Shown here piece after piece: positions 1 to 10,351 of a DNA stretch of 27,954 nt; position 1 is the first letter of the stretch, and every line of letters starts with the position of its first letter. Origin of the DNA: Synechococcales cyanobacterium VAR_4_metabat_354 (GTDB lineage Bacteria; Cyanobacteriota; Cyanobacteriia; Cyanobacteriales; Chamaesiphonaceae); contig JANOQI010000058.1 in NCBI GenBank assembly GCA_031414775.1, forward strand, positions 1 to 27,954, given 5' to 3'. The translations under genes and the position numbers were made by a program. The notes under the pieces are model-generated. The model saw nothing but the letters and a program-made list of their open reading frames with translations. It was not told where the DNA came from and made no database searches.

Positions 1-42
1 CTCCCCAAGGATAACAGAGAGGCTCGCGGTAACGACTATCCA

Positions 43-678
43 CTAGTTCGCTGGCATACAAACATTTGTCCCCCCCAAACCGCAATAGCCGCCTGGATTC
101 TTGGCAAGATATTGTTGATGATAGACCTCAGCATAGTAAAACTCTGGTGCAGTGATAATTTCTGTCGTAATTTCTTGATAACCTGCGCTGTTGAGAGCTG
201 ATTGATAAGCTGCTTTAGAATCCGCTGCTAACTTTAGGTGACTGTCAGAATAACAATAAATGCCGGATCGATATTGAGTACCAGCATCATTACCCTGGCG
301 CATTCCCTGGGTGGGATTGTGACTTTCCCAAAAAACTTGGAGTAGTTGTTGGTAGCTAATTTTTTGTGGATCGTAGACTACTAGGACAACTTCGTTGTGA
401 CCAGTCTGTCCGGAGCAAACTTCTTTGTAATTGGGATTGGGGGTAGAACCAGCTGCATAGCCCACCGCCGTAATATAAACACCCTCTTGCTGCCAAAACT
501 TACGCTCCACACCCCAAAAACAACCAGCCCCAAACATCGCTTGTTCCATCGTAGCGGGATAGGGAGGCGGTAGCGGATGGCCATTGACATAATGAGTAGC
601 AGGAGCTTGCCCTCGCCCCGGCAAGGCATCGCTAGCACTAGGTACTGTAGGTTTCTTGTTACCGAAAAGTCCGAACAT
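43..678 (-). CDS. msrA: Peptide methionine sulfoxide reductase A
   Basis: GCFWG catalytic motif, GHNEVV, RQGND.GTQYRS, YHQQYL and C-terminal GYC. Confidence 0.97.
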   Translation of the reverse strand: MFGLFGNKKPTVPSASDALPGRGQAPATHYVNGHPLPPPYPATMEQAMFGAGCFWGVERKFWQQEGVYITAVGYAAGSTPNPNYKEVCSGQTGHNEVVLVVYDPQKISYQQLLQVFWESHNPTQGMRQGNDAGTQYRSGIYCYSDSHLKLAADSKAAYQSALNSAGYQEITTEIITAPEFYYAEVYHQQYLAKNPGGYCGLGGTNVCMPAN

Positions 679-707
679 GATGGTGTGTTGTAAATAAATA
701 ACCCTTG

Positions 708-1952
708 CTATGATAACGCAGCTGCCAGAGGGAGGAGTACCGTAAATTTGGTGCCGGGCATTTTGGCATTCCGATCGATCGGACTACTCACCTCGATCGT
801 ACCGCCCATTTGCTCGACTAATTCTTTAGCGATCGATAATCCCAAACCAGTCCCCGGAATCTGCCCATGGGCTTGTGCCCCTCGATAACTGCGTTGAAAT
901 AAATTTGGCAGATCTGCCGCTGCAATCCCCAGACCAGTATCACTAATAGCGATCGATAACTGGTGTGGCAAAGGTTGTACTTGCACCTCAATGCCGCCGC
1001 TAGGAGTGTACTTAAGAGCGTTATCAATCAAATTCCCCAACACCTCGCGTAAAGCCCCACTACTGGCCATCGCCAATGGTAATTGTGGCGGAATATAAGT
1101 CTGAAAAGACAACTGCTTTTCTTGGGCAATTTCGGCAGCATTAGCCAAAATTGGCTCTAAGATCTCGGGTAGCGCGCAGGGATGCAGCTGAAGGCTGGAG
1201 GATGGCAGCAAAGACAAAGGGGATGCTTGTCCGGATAAAGCGGGGGTTTCCGAAACTGGTTCGATCGAATAATCCAATTGTTGCAGCAACTCCTTCAGAT
1301 GCTCACTCTCCCGCAAAATATTACTAGCCACCTGACGATTGGCATCTTCAGCGGGTAATCTTTTGAGCAACAACTTCCCGAAGGTATAGATGGCAGTCAG
1401 GGGGTTACGGAGTTGATGCAGCAAATTGTGCAGCATTTCTTGCTGGCGGCTACGCCACTGTTGCTGTTCTTGCAAGGCTATTTCCGCCCACTGCCGTTCT
1501 CGATCGATCACCAACGCCAAGGTAATAGTCTGACCCACTTGCTCAATTTGACTACGCTCCCGCTTATTCCAAGGTCGGTTAAGACGCATGGTCATCAGCA
1601 ATCCCAAAATCGCACCTTCCGAAGTCAGTGGTTGAAAAAATTTCTGGGTAGACTGCCGACTGGGAATAGCACTCCGATCTTGACCAATTGACTCAGTTTG
1701 GGAAAAACGCAAGTAATTATCTGCTGGTAAATATTTACTAGAAATTGGCTCTAGCCAGGGTTGGCTATTAGCTAATAATTTATTCGCCGTAGTTTCTGGA
1801 TAGAAAACCAGTGGCTCTAACTGCGGTTCTTGACCAACTGGCACTTCTTTAGTCAAATAAATTACACCTAAATCGGCGCTAAAGCTATTCGCGACAAGAA
1901 TGAGCTGGGAACGACAAAGAGTGATGAATTCGGGACTATGGGAAGCAGACAT
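708..1952 (-). CDS. hik2: GAF-like sensor histidine kinase, Hik2 (chloroplast sensor kinase ancestor)-like
   Basis: N-terminus [10 protein letters not shown]...VIYLT as in Hik2; H-box [11 protein letters not shown]-box [11 protein letters not shown]1 DTGLGI; G2 GTGLGL. Start moved from 2000 to ATG 1952 (MSASH) by family N-terminus. Confidence 0.8.
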   Translation of the reverse strand: MSASHSPEFITLCRSQLILVANSFSADLGVIYLTKEVPVGQEPQLEPLVFYPETTANKLLANSQPWLEPISSKYLPADNYLRFSQTESIGQDRSAIPSRQSTQKFFQPLTSEGAILGLLMTMRLNRPWNKRERSQIEQVGQTITLALVIDRERQWAEIALQEQQQWRSRQQEMLHNLLHQLRNPLTAIYTFGKLLLKRLPAEDANRQVASNILRESEHLKELLQQLDYSIEPVSETPALSGQASPLSLLPSSSLQLHPCALPEILEPILANAAEIAQEKQLSFQTYIPPQLPLAMASSGALREVLGNLIDNALKYTPSGGIEVQVQPLPHQLSIAISDTGLGIAAADLPNLFQRSYRGAQAHGQIPGTGLGLSIAKELVEQMGGTIEVSSPIDRNAKMPGTKFTVLLPLAAALS

Positions 1953-2229
1953 AATTAAATTGAAATTAGATTGAATCGGAGAAAATCTGAAGGACAGCAT
2001 TCTACAGAAGGACTACTTAAACAAATGTTAAGTTTTTATGAAGTTTTATATGTTAACTAGCCTAAAATCTTAGGATTTTCTTTATGCCAAAGCATTTACA
2101 AGCGATTTTGTTACCAATTTAACAGCTCTTGAATTTTTGAAGCAAAGCGGATATGATATCGACGGCTTTCAGAGCAATCATTACAACTGGGCGAGCACAA
2201 ACTGGCACAGAGAAAAGGAGGTAATTAGG

Positions 2230-2538
2230 TTGGCTAGAAGACGTAAACGCAAGAGCAGACGGCGGCAAGAGGGTCGAAGAATCCTGGAGCAAGTACCTCA
2301 GTATAGTATCGAAAGCGGCGAAGACAAACCTGTCACTGCGGCTAGACGATATATTCATACTGAAGGCATCGCCCCCCCAGCACTTCTATTAGTGAAGCGC
2401 AACGAACACACCACCGATAGATATTTCTGGGCAGAGAAAGGTCTCTTTGGTGCCCAGTATGTTGAAGAGAATCATTTTCTTTTCCCTAGTCTCAGAATAT
2501 TGGAAAATCCTGAGCCAGCTTTGGTCGGCACCAAGTAA
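2230..2538 (+). CDS. DUF3155 family conserved cyanobacterial protein
   Basis: (M)ARRRKRKSRRRQEGRRILE...RYFWAEKGLFGAQY; TTG start at 2230 preceded by AAAGGAGG, in frame with the 2137 ORF. Confidence 0.85.
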   Translation: MARRRKRKSRRRQEGRRILEQVPQYSIESGEDKPVTAARRYIHTEGIAPPALLLVKRNEHTTDRYFWAEKGLFGAQYVEENHFLFPSLRILENPEPALVGTK

Positions 2539-2602
2539 TTCCCTGATCGCTCGTGGCTAGTTAGCAATGGCCTCAATCGTATTTGATTAAATCGTACTTA
2601 AT

Positions 2603-2640
2603 TAGGCTGAAATTTGTTGTAGCTAACAAAATTCAGTCTA
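2603..2640. terminator. Putative bidirectional hairpin terminator between convergent DUF3155 and ccb1
   Basis: TAGGCTGAAATTTGTT-gtagct-AACAAAATTCAGTCTA, 14/16 complementary, followed by TTTT. Confidence 0.55.
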
Positions 2641-2652
2641 TTTTCATGAGAT

Positions 2653-3174
2653 TTATACGAGACTTTCGAGGGGTTCGATCGACAAAGTTTTTTCTAACAC
2701 GCTGAGTTCATCACGATGGCCAGTAACAGTAACAATCGTGCGATCATCCCGATCGGCTAACTTCAGGTTAACCTGTTCAGGTCGGGCGGCTTTTCGCCAA
2801 TAAAACATGCCTGCCAAGGGCGCTAAAACGATCAGAAGTAAAAACCCATTACCGATCGCAGGTAGCCAATAACTCATCATCAAACCCAGACATAAAAAGC
2901 CACCAGCGGCCAAACTGGTTAGAAAAATCGCCATAAACCAACTGGGACTAACTAAACCTTCATAAATCACCCCAGCATCTTCACTAACGGTCACTAAGCG
3001 ATAGGCACGACCAGTCAAATGCTCCTGGAGTTTGGGCATAAAAGCATCGGCTGGCTCTGTTAAGACAAAAGACAGCTGCTCAATCCGCTCTTTAACTGAT
3101 GCTCGGATAAAAAATCCCAGGCCGATGATCATTAACAGAGCGATCGCCGAAATAGAAATCAAAGCTGTACTCAC
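2653..3174 (-). CDS. ccb1: Cofactor assembly of complex C subunit B (CCB1/DUF3529), cytochrome b6 heme ci attachment
   Basis: GLGFFIRASVKERIE, YEGLVSPS, FYWRKAARPE, GHRDEL; three hydrophobic segments. Confidence 0.85.
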   Translation of the reverse strand: MSTALISISAIALLMIIGLGFFIRASVKERIEQLSFVLTEPADAFMPKLQEHLTGRAYRLVTVSEDAGVIYEGLVSPSWFMAIFLTSLAAGGFLCLGLMMSYWLPAIGNGFLLLIVLAPLAGMFYWRKAARPEQVNLKLADRDDRTIVTVTGHRDELSVLEKTLSIEPLESLV

Positions 3175-3221
3175 AAGCGATCAAGTCCTCTAGAATCAGG
3201 ACTCACCAACGAAAGGTCTAT

Positions 3222-3935
3222 TTAAAATATACTAGCTTCTAGAGCCGATATGTCAGGAATGGTCATTTTATCTGACGATCGAATAATGAGACCATCTCGT
3301 TCCAACTTAGTTAAGACCCTGGTTACTGTTTCACGGGCGAGACCACTCATACTACTTAATTCTCGATGGGGGAAGTTAGGAATCTCCGCTCCCTTATCAC
3401 TGTTAATGTCTACACCCTGACCTTCCGCTAAAAACAAGAGTGTATCAGCGACCCGCGAGGAACTGCTCGATTCCCGCAGCCGCAGACGGCGATTCAGCTG
3501 ACGCAAACGACGACCCATCAGCTGGGCGAGCTTGATGCCAGCCAGCGGCTCACTTTTCAACAGTCGCACAAAATCTGCCGCTGGGATATTGGCAATAGTA
3601 ACGGCAGTCAAACTCAATACATCGGTAGAACGAGGAGAGTGCTCTAGAGCAGCCATTTCTCCCACAATTTCACCTTGGCCGATAATGTTTAAGGTGACTT
3701 CTTTACCATCGGCGTTATAGGTACGAATTTTTAGCCACCCACTCAAAACAAAATAAACAGAACTGCCCCAATCATTTTCTAGTAGGATCATCTGATTGGC
3801 CGAATGACTGCGCACCACCGCCTGATCTAGAGCTAACCGCCGAGCAGCTTCGGGCAACTCTGCAAAAAAGGCCGTGGTTTTCAACAATTCTTGGAGGCTG
3901 GGAGCCAGTGGGGGAGTGTTTTGTCGAGCTTCCAT
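3222..3935 (-). CDS. crp: Crp/Fnr family regulator (SyCRP1-like cAMP receptor protein)
   Basis: cNMP-binding motif GEMAAL...PRSTDV and CRP recognition helix GLARETVTR. Confidence 0.8.
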   Translation of the reverse strand: MEARQNTPPLAPSLQELLKTTAFFAELPEAARRLALDQAVVRSHSANQMILLENDWGSSVYFVLSGWLKIRTYNADGKEVTLNIIGQGEIVGEMAALEHSPRSTDVLSLTAVTIANIPAADFVRLLKSEPLAGIKLAQLMGRRLRQLNRRLRLRESSSSSRVADTLLFLAEGQGVDINSDKGAEIPNFPHRELSSMSGLARETVTRVLTKLERDGLIIRSSDKMTIPDISALEASIF

Positions 3936-4051
3936 AAATACTAACTATCTAAAGAAATGATGGATAAATATCACTGAATATCTAGTTAAATATCTAAAAT
4001 TCAGACTTGCTTCTTACAACATGCCCATATTTTTGGAGTGATCACTGTTCT

Positions 4052-4567
4052 ATGAATTTGCCCAACTCGGTCACCTGCTCGCGGTTACTTGGTATTCCGA
4101 TCGTCATTTATGGACTTTATCAATCTGCTCCAGTCTGGCATTGGGCATCATTTACTATTTTTTTAATAGCGGCGGCTACCGACTGGTTGGATGGTTATTT
4201 AGCCCGAAAACTCAATCAAGTTACTGACTTGGGAAAGTTTTTAGACCCATTGGTAGATAAATTGTTGGTACTGATTCCCTATCTCACTTTAGTTGAGTTG
4301 CATTTAGTGCCCGCTGTCGGGGTGAGTTTAATTTTGCTGCGGGAGTTAGTAGTTGCGGGTTGGCGAGTAAATCAAACCCAAATTAGCGGTGCTAATCTAT
4401 GGGGCAAAGCTAAAGCAGTAGTCCAAATGGGTTCGATCGCTCTCTTAATTATTCCAATCCCTGCCCTGCAAGTTTGGGGGATAGTCGTATTTTGGGCAGC
4501 CGTCGCGATCACCTTAATTTCTGGTGGTATTTACCTGGGTGCGGGGCTGAGGCAAACTAACAGCTAA
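4052..4567 (+). CDS. pgsA: CDP-diacylglycerol--glycerol-3-phosphate 3-phosphatidyltransferase
   Basis: MNLPN start at 4052; CDP-alcohol phosphotransferase motif TDWLDGYLARK...GKFLDPLVDK. Confidence 0.95.
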   Translation: MNLPNSVTCSRLLGIPIVIYGLYQSAPVWHWASFTIFLIAAATDWLDGYLARKLNQVTDLGKFLDPLVDKLLVLIPYLTLVELHLVPAVGVSLILLRELVVAGWRVNQTQISGANLWGKAKAVVQMGSIALLIIPIPALQVWGIVVFWAAVAITLISGGIYLGAGLRQTNS

Positions 4568-5677
4568 TCCGTAAATGTTTTATTTATTTTATTTATGAAA
4601 ACTGATTTTTCGGTGCCAAACAGTCGATCGATCGCTGTCCCTTGAGCCGCTGGCATCTGACCAAAACTAAAAATACCAGGCAGATCAGCTGGTAGAGTTG
4701 CCGCTAAATCTTGAAAAAGATAAGGACTACCATAAATTACCAATGCCTGTAATTGATTCTTAGCCACTAATTCCTGGCAGATTTTCTTGGCCTGGGGCGC
4801 AATGCCCAAACCACCTAAAAAAGGATTGCCACGAATAAATAGCTGCAAAACGACTGGCTCATCGCCGATAGTAAAATTCAGCGGCGTGTATTTATTCACA
4901 ATCTGACAGGCGTAGCCCTGTTCGCGCAGTTTGACGATCGCGGGTGCTGTTCTTCCCAAAAACGGACAGTCCAGAATTTCATCAATCATGATCAAATTCA
5001 CGCCCTTGATAGCTACTAAGGGCAAATTGCCCTGGGATTGCAGAGCCGTGCGATCGATCTCATCCACCAAAGCATTACCCTGCTCCGTCACCGTCCCCAA
5101 AGACAGAGCGTTATTGACTCGTGGCGCTGGTGATTCTTGATTAGCATTAAAGATTTTTTGTTTGGCCGCCCAGATCCGGCCAACACTAGCCCGAATTTGT
5201 TCTTCACTAATTTTCCCTTGTTCTACCGCTTGGCAAATAGCCGTAATGGCCTGGGGCGGATCGACTGGCATCAGCACAATATCCGTCCCAGCTTAAACGG
5301 CTAACACCGCTGCTTCTTCAGCACCATAGCGATTGACGATCGCCCCCATCATCAAGGCATCGGTCACAATCAGACCATTAAATTCTAAGCGCTGCCGCAG
5401 CTCACCTGTCAGAATTTTGGTTGACAGCGTGGCTGGATACTGGTCATCTAAGCTGGGAATCAATAAATGAGCCGTCATCACCCCATCGACCCCCCAGAAA
5501 AATCACACCCCCCACGCCTAAATCTGCTACCCAGTGCTAGAGAGTCTCCGCATTGGCCTCCCAAGCCGGATATTGAATCTGTCGATCGAGCAGATGGCCA
5601 GAGGTTCTAACCATTACCATTTGGGCGACTAGCTGCGCCAAGGACAAACCGTCGAGTTCACTAGGAGAAAAGTTCAT
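4564..5677 (-). pseudogene. Disrupted glycoside hydrolase family 3 (NagZ-like beta-N-acetylglucosaminidase)
   Basis: ATG 5677 reads MNFSPSELDGLSLAQLVAQMVMVR...QYPAWE...[17 protein letters not shown], then changes frame to [10 protein letters not shown]...[13 protein letters not shown]...AVLAV*AGTDIVLMP and continues into ORF 4564..5277. Stops at 5537-5539 and 5293-5295; frame change near 5490-5495; KHFPGHG region absent. Confidence 0.88.
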
Positions 5678-5693
5678 AGGTGCAATCAGGGGA

Positions 5694-6104
5694 TTATTCT
5701 TCAGCAGTAGGAATATCGTCCTCGCTCTCCACTGGCTCGACTTCAGCGGGGCGTTCCTGCTCCAGTCGGTTCAGCAATGACAGCATTTCGGTACCTCTTT
5801 CTAGGGAGCGATCTTCCGCGAAAATAACTTCGGGAGTGCGGCGTAAGCGCACCCGTTTCCCTAAATTGCTGCGAATGTAGCCAGCCGCCGAATGTAAAGC
5901 GGCCATTGTTTCTGCTCTAGCTTCGTCGCTGCCATAAATGCTGACAAAAATCTTGGCATGTTGCAAGTCACCGGAGACATCCACATCAGTAATACTGATC
6001 ATCCCGGCTCCCACTCGATCGTCTTTGAGTTCAAACAGGATCATCTGACTAACTTCCCGCTTAATTAACTCGGCAACGCGGGACATGCGACGTGTTGTAG
6101 CCAT
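5694..6104 (-). CDS. rbfA: 30S ribosome-binding factor A
   Basis: [11 protein letters not shown]...KDDRV...[15 protein letters not shown]...[19 protein letters not shown]. Confidence 0.97.
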   Translation of the reverse strand: MATTRRMSRVAELIKREVSQMILFELKDDRVGAGMISITDVDVSGDLQHAKIFVSIYGSDEARAETMAALHSAAGYIRSNLGKRVRLRRTPEVIFAEDRSLERGTEMLSLLNRLEQERPAEVEPVESEDDIPTAEE

Positions 6105-6178
6105 GGCTTTTCACCTATTTTTCGCTAACTGAATGCTGAATTTTTCGAGATCAGCCGGTATACATCTTAGTTGATATC

Positions 6179-6388
6179 TTAGCTAATCGGCGTAAATCCC
6201 AGCATGGCTTTCAGGGTTAAGCCAATAAAGGCCAACAAGCCTACGCCCATCCCCACCAACGCAGTGGCCGTAAATTTATTTTGCCATAGAGGCTTAAGCC
6301 AGCTAAATGTCGAGATAAAAATCCCTAAAATCACTGTAATAAAGTACCGCTGGTAGCGCAGCACATTGCCAAAAAAATCGTCGAACAT
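6179..6388 (-). CDS. ycf33: Ycf33/DUF751 small membrane protein
   Basis: FFGNVLRYQRYFIT...TLKAMLG with two hydrophobic helices; usual position upstream of rbfA. Confidence 0.85.
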   Translation of the reverse strand: MFDDFFGNVLRYQRYFITVILGIFISTFSWLKPLWQNKFTATALVGMGVGLLAFIGLTLKAMLGFTPIS

Positions 6389-6474
6389 AGGTGTTAAATA
6401 TTTTTACTAAATTGCTTAGATCATAACATTAGAAAGCTGTGGGGCATTAAGATACAGCCATTAAAGGAAACGAA

Positions 6475-6918
6475 ATGAAACCAAAATTTGCAACCGAGCA
6501 AGCTTGGCAGCAGGCCGAAATACTGATGCAACCAGCTTACATTCGTCTGGTAGACCAAATTCGTCGCCAAACGGAAGAAAATGAGAGTGAAATTCAAGTT
6601 AGTTACGAAGAAGTAACTGATCCCTATCCCAGTAATTTACTGTGTTTACAACCAAAGGTTAATGCTAGTAATCCCGACCAAACCACCACCAATCAAGCTC
6701 AGCCGCTGCTCAAAGTAGATATTTGGGATTTATGTTTTCAGGTGTGCTTTGTCAACTATGAGCCACTACCCGCTGATCAACCAGAACAATTAGTGGCGAT
6801 CGATCTCAGTTTATTTGGCCACAACAGCCCAGAAATCGACTGGAACAAGCTAGATCAAAAAGCCCAAGCTGCTGTTCGCCAGGTTTTCGCTCGGTTCAAA
6901 TTGCTAAACCACCCCTGA
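6475..6918 (+). CDS. Conserved cyanobacterial hypothetical protein
   Basis: 147-aa ORF with AAAGGA upstream; AWQQAEILMQPAYIRLVDQIR, DIWDLCFQVCF, IDWNKLDQKA. Confidence 0.75.
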   Translation: MKPKFATEQAWQQAEILMQPAYIRLVDQIRRQTEENESEIQVSYEEVTDPYPSNLLCLQPKVNASNPDQTTTNQAQPLLKVDIWDLCFQVCFVNYEPLPADQPEQLVAIDLSLFGHNSPEIDWNKLDQKAQAAVRQVFARFKLLNHP

Positions 6919-6928
6919 CCACATTTAC

Positions 6929-8506
6929 CTAATCAGTCACTAACTTCAATAGCCCTAAGCCCAAATCCTCTGGTTCGATCGATTGAGTCTCAATTATTGC
7001 CAGCATATCTTTGGGTTGGGGATTGCCCCGGGCTTTTCCCGTCAAACCTTGGGCAATAATTAAGCCGCAGCGGCCTTTGGTTTGCTGACAACGTTGCGTC
7101 CATTTACGGCGAGCAGCAAGATGGGTCTGATCATCGATATCAAACTCACCAAATAGTTGCATCTGACCGTCAGCCAACTGGATGAGACCCAGTTCTAGGG
7201 TATCTTGCCTAAAACCTTCACCCAGATTGAAAATAATTCCCCGCACTCCTCCGACGGCGGTGATTTTCTCAATCATGGTCTGTGCCTTAGCGCGGGTGGT
7301 TTGCACCATAATTACTGGCAAACCGTCGCCGTCAAGTTTACTCTGAAATACAGCGGCCTGCGGCTGCACTCGCCGTAAGTTGTCCCAAGGTATCACCCCC
7401 AAGCTAATGCAAGCCTTATCCGGCACCAAATCATCCAGAATAACATCGTCCTCTTCGTCCAATTCTTCATCATTTTGCATTGCCCATAAATCGCGACTTT
7501 CTTGGGGTAGCGTGGCCACGGTCACAGTGATCGATTTAGCTAAATCAGGAATTTGAGTAGGTAAATTAATCCGCAATTTCTGACTAATTTCAGGTAATTC
7601 TTCATGGCCCAGCAGCTTAGCCTGTTTCACAATAAAACGTTGCAGCGCACTCAGAGCCACATAAGCAGCTAAGGCTTCATCCTGGCCAAGCACCGTCCGC
7701 AAACCTTCTAAGGGATGGATTACACCATAGTGCGCCTCAAAGTCATCAGATTGCTGATTGAAAGGTGATGGCCGTTTTTCTGATCCTGAATCGAAAGTCA
7801 AAAAAATGCAGTCTTGCGCCAAAAAAACTGCTTCCATATCCTGAAGACCATCATTTTGCAGTGCTGCTCGCCGAAATTGCTGTACCGATTCGATCGATCG
7901 ATAGAGCAAAATCCCGTATTCCATCCCCATCATGCCCATTACACAGGCATACAGTTGATCCACATCCCAACACTGAATGTCAATTTTTAAAATTTGATGG
8001 TCGGGTAACAATTGCCAAGGAGTCACTTGCCAAACTTCTTTCGCCACTGTTTGCAAAATTTCGGTGTAGGCCGGTGGTAATTGGGGACTCTGAAAGGCGC
8101 TCATTTCACCAAAGCGCTCAACCAACTGCGCCACTAGTGGCAGATTAGCGACATATTCTACGTCAATACCCAGGTCGCACAATACCCCGCGTAAATAAAA
8201 TTGCTCTGATCGATCGCTCACCACAATCTTTTGGGGACGCACTGGCGGATAAGGACCCTGAGGATGCTCCATCGCCCGCAGCAATGAACGAACCATCGCC
8301 TCCGGGCCTATTTCCATACCCACCGACTCTAAAGAGCGCACGGTACCCTCCATCCCATCCATCCAAATAATCATTTGGCGCTCATCAGACTCATCATCAA
8401 AACTTAGACCCAGCTTGCCTGGAAGTTCTAATCTAGCTCCTTCCCACACGCCCGGAACTTGAGGTAGGCGCTGAAGACGCTTAATAGTTGAGGCACTTAG
8501 AGTCAT
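6929..8506 (-). CDS. Conserved cyanobacterial protein (DUF6930-like)
   Basis: Long ORF; likely start MTLSASTIKRLQRLPQ (ATG 8506); acidic linker DEELDEEDD; VMGMMGMEYGILLYRS. Confidence 0.7.
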   Translation of the reverse strand: MTLSASTIKRLQRLPQVPGVWEGARLELPGKLGLSFDDESDERQMIIWMDGMEGTVRSLESVGMEIGPEAMVRSLLRAMEHPQGPYPPVRPQKIVVSDRSEQFYLRGVLCDLGIDVEYVANLPLVAQLVERFGEMSAFQSPQLPPAYTEILQTVAKEVWQVTPWQLLPDHQILKIDIQCWDVDQLYACVMGMMGMEYGILLYRSIESVQQFRRAALQNDGLQDMEAVFLAQDCIFLTFDSGSEKRPSPFNQQSDDFEAHYGVIHPLEGLRTVLGQDEALAAYVALSALQRFIVKQAKLLGHEELPEISQKLRINLPTQIPDLAKSITVTVATLPQESRDLWAMQNDEELDEEDDVILDDLVPDKACISLGVIPWDNLRRVQPQAAVFQSKLDGDGLPVIMVQTTRAKAQTMIEKITAVGGVRGIIFNLGEGFRQDTLELGLIQLADGQMQLFGEFDIDDQTHLAARRKWTQRCQQTKGRCGLIIAQGLTGKARGNPQPKDMLAIIETQSIEPEDLGLGLLKLVTD

Positions 8507-8666
8507 AAAATTCTTAAACAGCTCGTAAAAAGTCTGGCTGTTACAGCAAACTTGATTGACACCCAAATTCTAACGGAGGCGGGGAGGGTGCAGAAAAAAT
8601 TCCATCAATCGCAGAGAAAAGTTAACATAGAAGATATTCACTAGCAATCACCTGCGGAGTTCCACC

Positions 8667-9017
8667 ATGACTCAAGCTCCATCGAAACCTGCCATTCAAT
8701 TAACCGAAGCCGCTCTCAGCCATGTCATGGCACTGCGTGAACAGCAGGGCAAAGACTTGTGCCTCCGGGTAGGGGTACGCCAAGGTGGTTGTTCCGGGAT
8801 GTCTTACCTCATGGAATTTGAAGAAACGGGCAATACGCGCCCCGATGATGAAGTTTTTGACTATCAAGGTTTTCAATTAATCTGCGATCGCAAGAGTTTG
8901 CTGTATATTTATGGGCTGGTACTAGACTATAGCAATGCCATGATTGGCGGCGGCTTCCAGTTCACAAATCCCAATGCTAGTCAAAGCTGCGGCTGTGGCA
9001 AGTCTTTTGCTGTTTAA
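8667..9017 (+). CDS. iscA: A-type Fe-S cluster carrier protein (IscA/HesB family)
   Basis: GGCSGMSY and CGCGKSF motifs. Confidence 0.93.
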   Translation: MTQAPSKPAIQLTEAALSHVMALREQQGKDLCLRVGVRQGGCSGMSYLMEFEETGNTRPDDEVFDYQGFQLICDRKSLLYIYGLVLDYSNAMIGGGFQFTNPNASQSCGCGKSFAV

Positions 9018-9051
9018 GCTGTTTAAATTTATCTATCCCTAACTCTATCCG

Positions 9052-9471
9052 ATGGCTGAAACTCTAAACGATACCTTTGATAACGCAATTAAACGCTACC
9101 AAGATGGTGAAAGTGTTGACAAGTTAATTCCTGTTTTTCAGGATATCTGTACCCAAGCACCCAAAATGAATAGTGCTTGGACTTGTCTAGCTTGGCTCTA
9201 TCTATTGGATGAGCAGCCCGAGAATGCGGTGAAAGCGGCCGAGCGATCGATCAAAATCGATCCTTACGATGCTCAAGCCCGTATTAACCTGGCGATGGCC
9301 ATGCTCGAAGCCAAACAAAAAGGCGTGCGCGCCCACATCGAAGTCGCCCAACAGCTAATTGACGGTGCCGCCGAAATCCGCGAACAAGTGGCATACAGCA
9401 TAACCGATGGTCTGCAACGCAATCCAGACTGGGCGAGCCTCAAGCAAATAAAATCTTGGATTACGGTCTAA
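9052..9471 (+). CDS. Small TPR-repeat protein
   Basis: AWTCLAWLYLL...AVKAAERSIKIDPYDAQARINLA TPR-like helix pairs. Confidence 0.75.
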   Translation: MAETLNDTFDNAIKRYQDGESVDKLIPVFQDICTQAPKMNSAWTCLAWLYLLDEQPENAVKAAERSIKIDPYDAQARINLAMAMLEAKQKGVRAHIEVAQQLIDGAAEIREQVAYSITDGLQRNPDWASLKQIKSWITV

Positions 9472-9481
9472 TTCACCACCT

Positions 9482-10351
9482 ATGCTTCCTCCCAAAATAT
9501 CGCTGACTGGCTTGAGAGCCGATCGCTTTCGTCATCCTTTTGATTTAGAGGCCACCACTAACCTCAAGCAACTGCCCGGATTGGATCTGCTAATCCGCAG
9601 CTTAGTGGGTTCGATCGCCGAAGAAACTCTCTACCTCAATAACATCGCCGCCAGCGTGTTGGTGGGTGAGCAGCAACTCCCTCATATCCACCAGTTGCTA
9701 CTCGATGCCTGTCGGATTTTGGATGTGGAAGCACCCCAGCTTTATCTAAAGCAACATCCCATGCCCAATGCCTATACGATGGCAATGCGCGGCAAGAAAC
9801 CGTTTGTGGTGGTGCATACTTCCCTAGTCGATCTCCTCACCCCCGCCGAACTTCAAGCCGTAATCGCTCACGAACTAGGACATTTGAAGTGTGAGCATGG
9901 TGTGTATCTGACCATGGCTAACTTGCTCGTCTTAACCGCTGGTAGTGTAATCCCTGGCCTGGGGCAGGCTATTCAGGGTCAAATGTTACAGTGGTTGCGC
10001 TGTGCCGAATTTTCTTGCGACCGAGCAGCACTATTAGTGGTGCAAGATGCCAAGATAGTAGCTTCCCTATTGATGAAACTTTGCGGTGGTTCCCCCGCCT
10101 TGGCACCCCTGCTCAACGTCGAGGCATTCTTAGAGCAAGCTCGGGCTTATGAATCGTTCAGCAGTAGCTCGGAATTAAGCAAAGCATTACGCACCGCCCA
10201 AACCGAGCCATTAAGTCACCCGGTGCCCGTGCTACGCGCTAAAGAAATTGAACGATGGTCGCAGAGCAATGAATATTTTTCCTTGCTAAAAAGCCCAGCT
10301 CCAGGTTATGATGACAAAGATGTGAATAAGGGCGACTGGCGGAATTGGTAG
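9482..10351 (+). CDS. M48 (HtpX/Ste24-like) zinc metallopeptidase
   Basis: PNAYT, ELQAVIAHELGH (HExxH), AEFSCDRAA, SHPVPVLR. Confidence 0.9.
   Translation: MLPPKISLTGLRADRFRHPFDLEATTNLKQLPGLDLLIRSLVGSIAEETLYLNNIAASVLVGEQQLPHIHQLLLDACRILDVEAPQLYLKQHPMPNAYTMAMRGKKPFVVVHTSLVDLLTPAELQAVIAHELGHLKCEHGVYLTMANLLVLTAGSVIPGLGQAIQGQMLQWLRCAEFSCDRAALLVVQDAKIVASLLMKLCGGSPALAPLLNVEAFLEQARAYESFSSSSELSKALRTAQTEPLSHPVPVLRAKEIERWSQSNEYFSLLKSPAPGYDDKDVNKGDWRNW
10283..10312 (+). promoter_or_regulatory. Putative sigma70-type promoter for tRNA-Leu inside the M48 CDS
   Basis: TTGCTA (10283-10288)-18 nt-TATGAT (10307-10312), 17 nt before the tRNA 5' end. Confidence 0.5.

Noticed and set aside
2010..2130. Possible HLR1 (RpaB) direct repeats in the AT-rich hik2/DUF3155 intergenic region
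   Set aside because: Only partial TTACA-like half-sites without the correct spacing; cannot be supported by eye
2137..2229. N-terminal extension of the DUF3155 ORF
   Set aside because: A strong ribosome-binding site and the family-like start point to TTG at 2230
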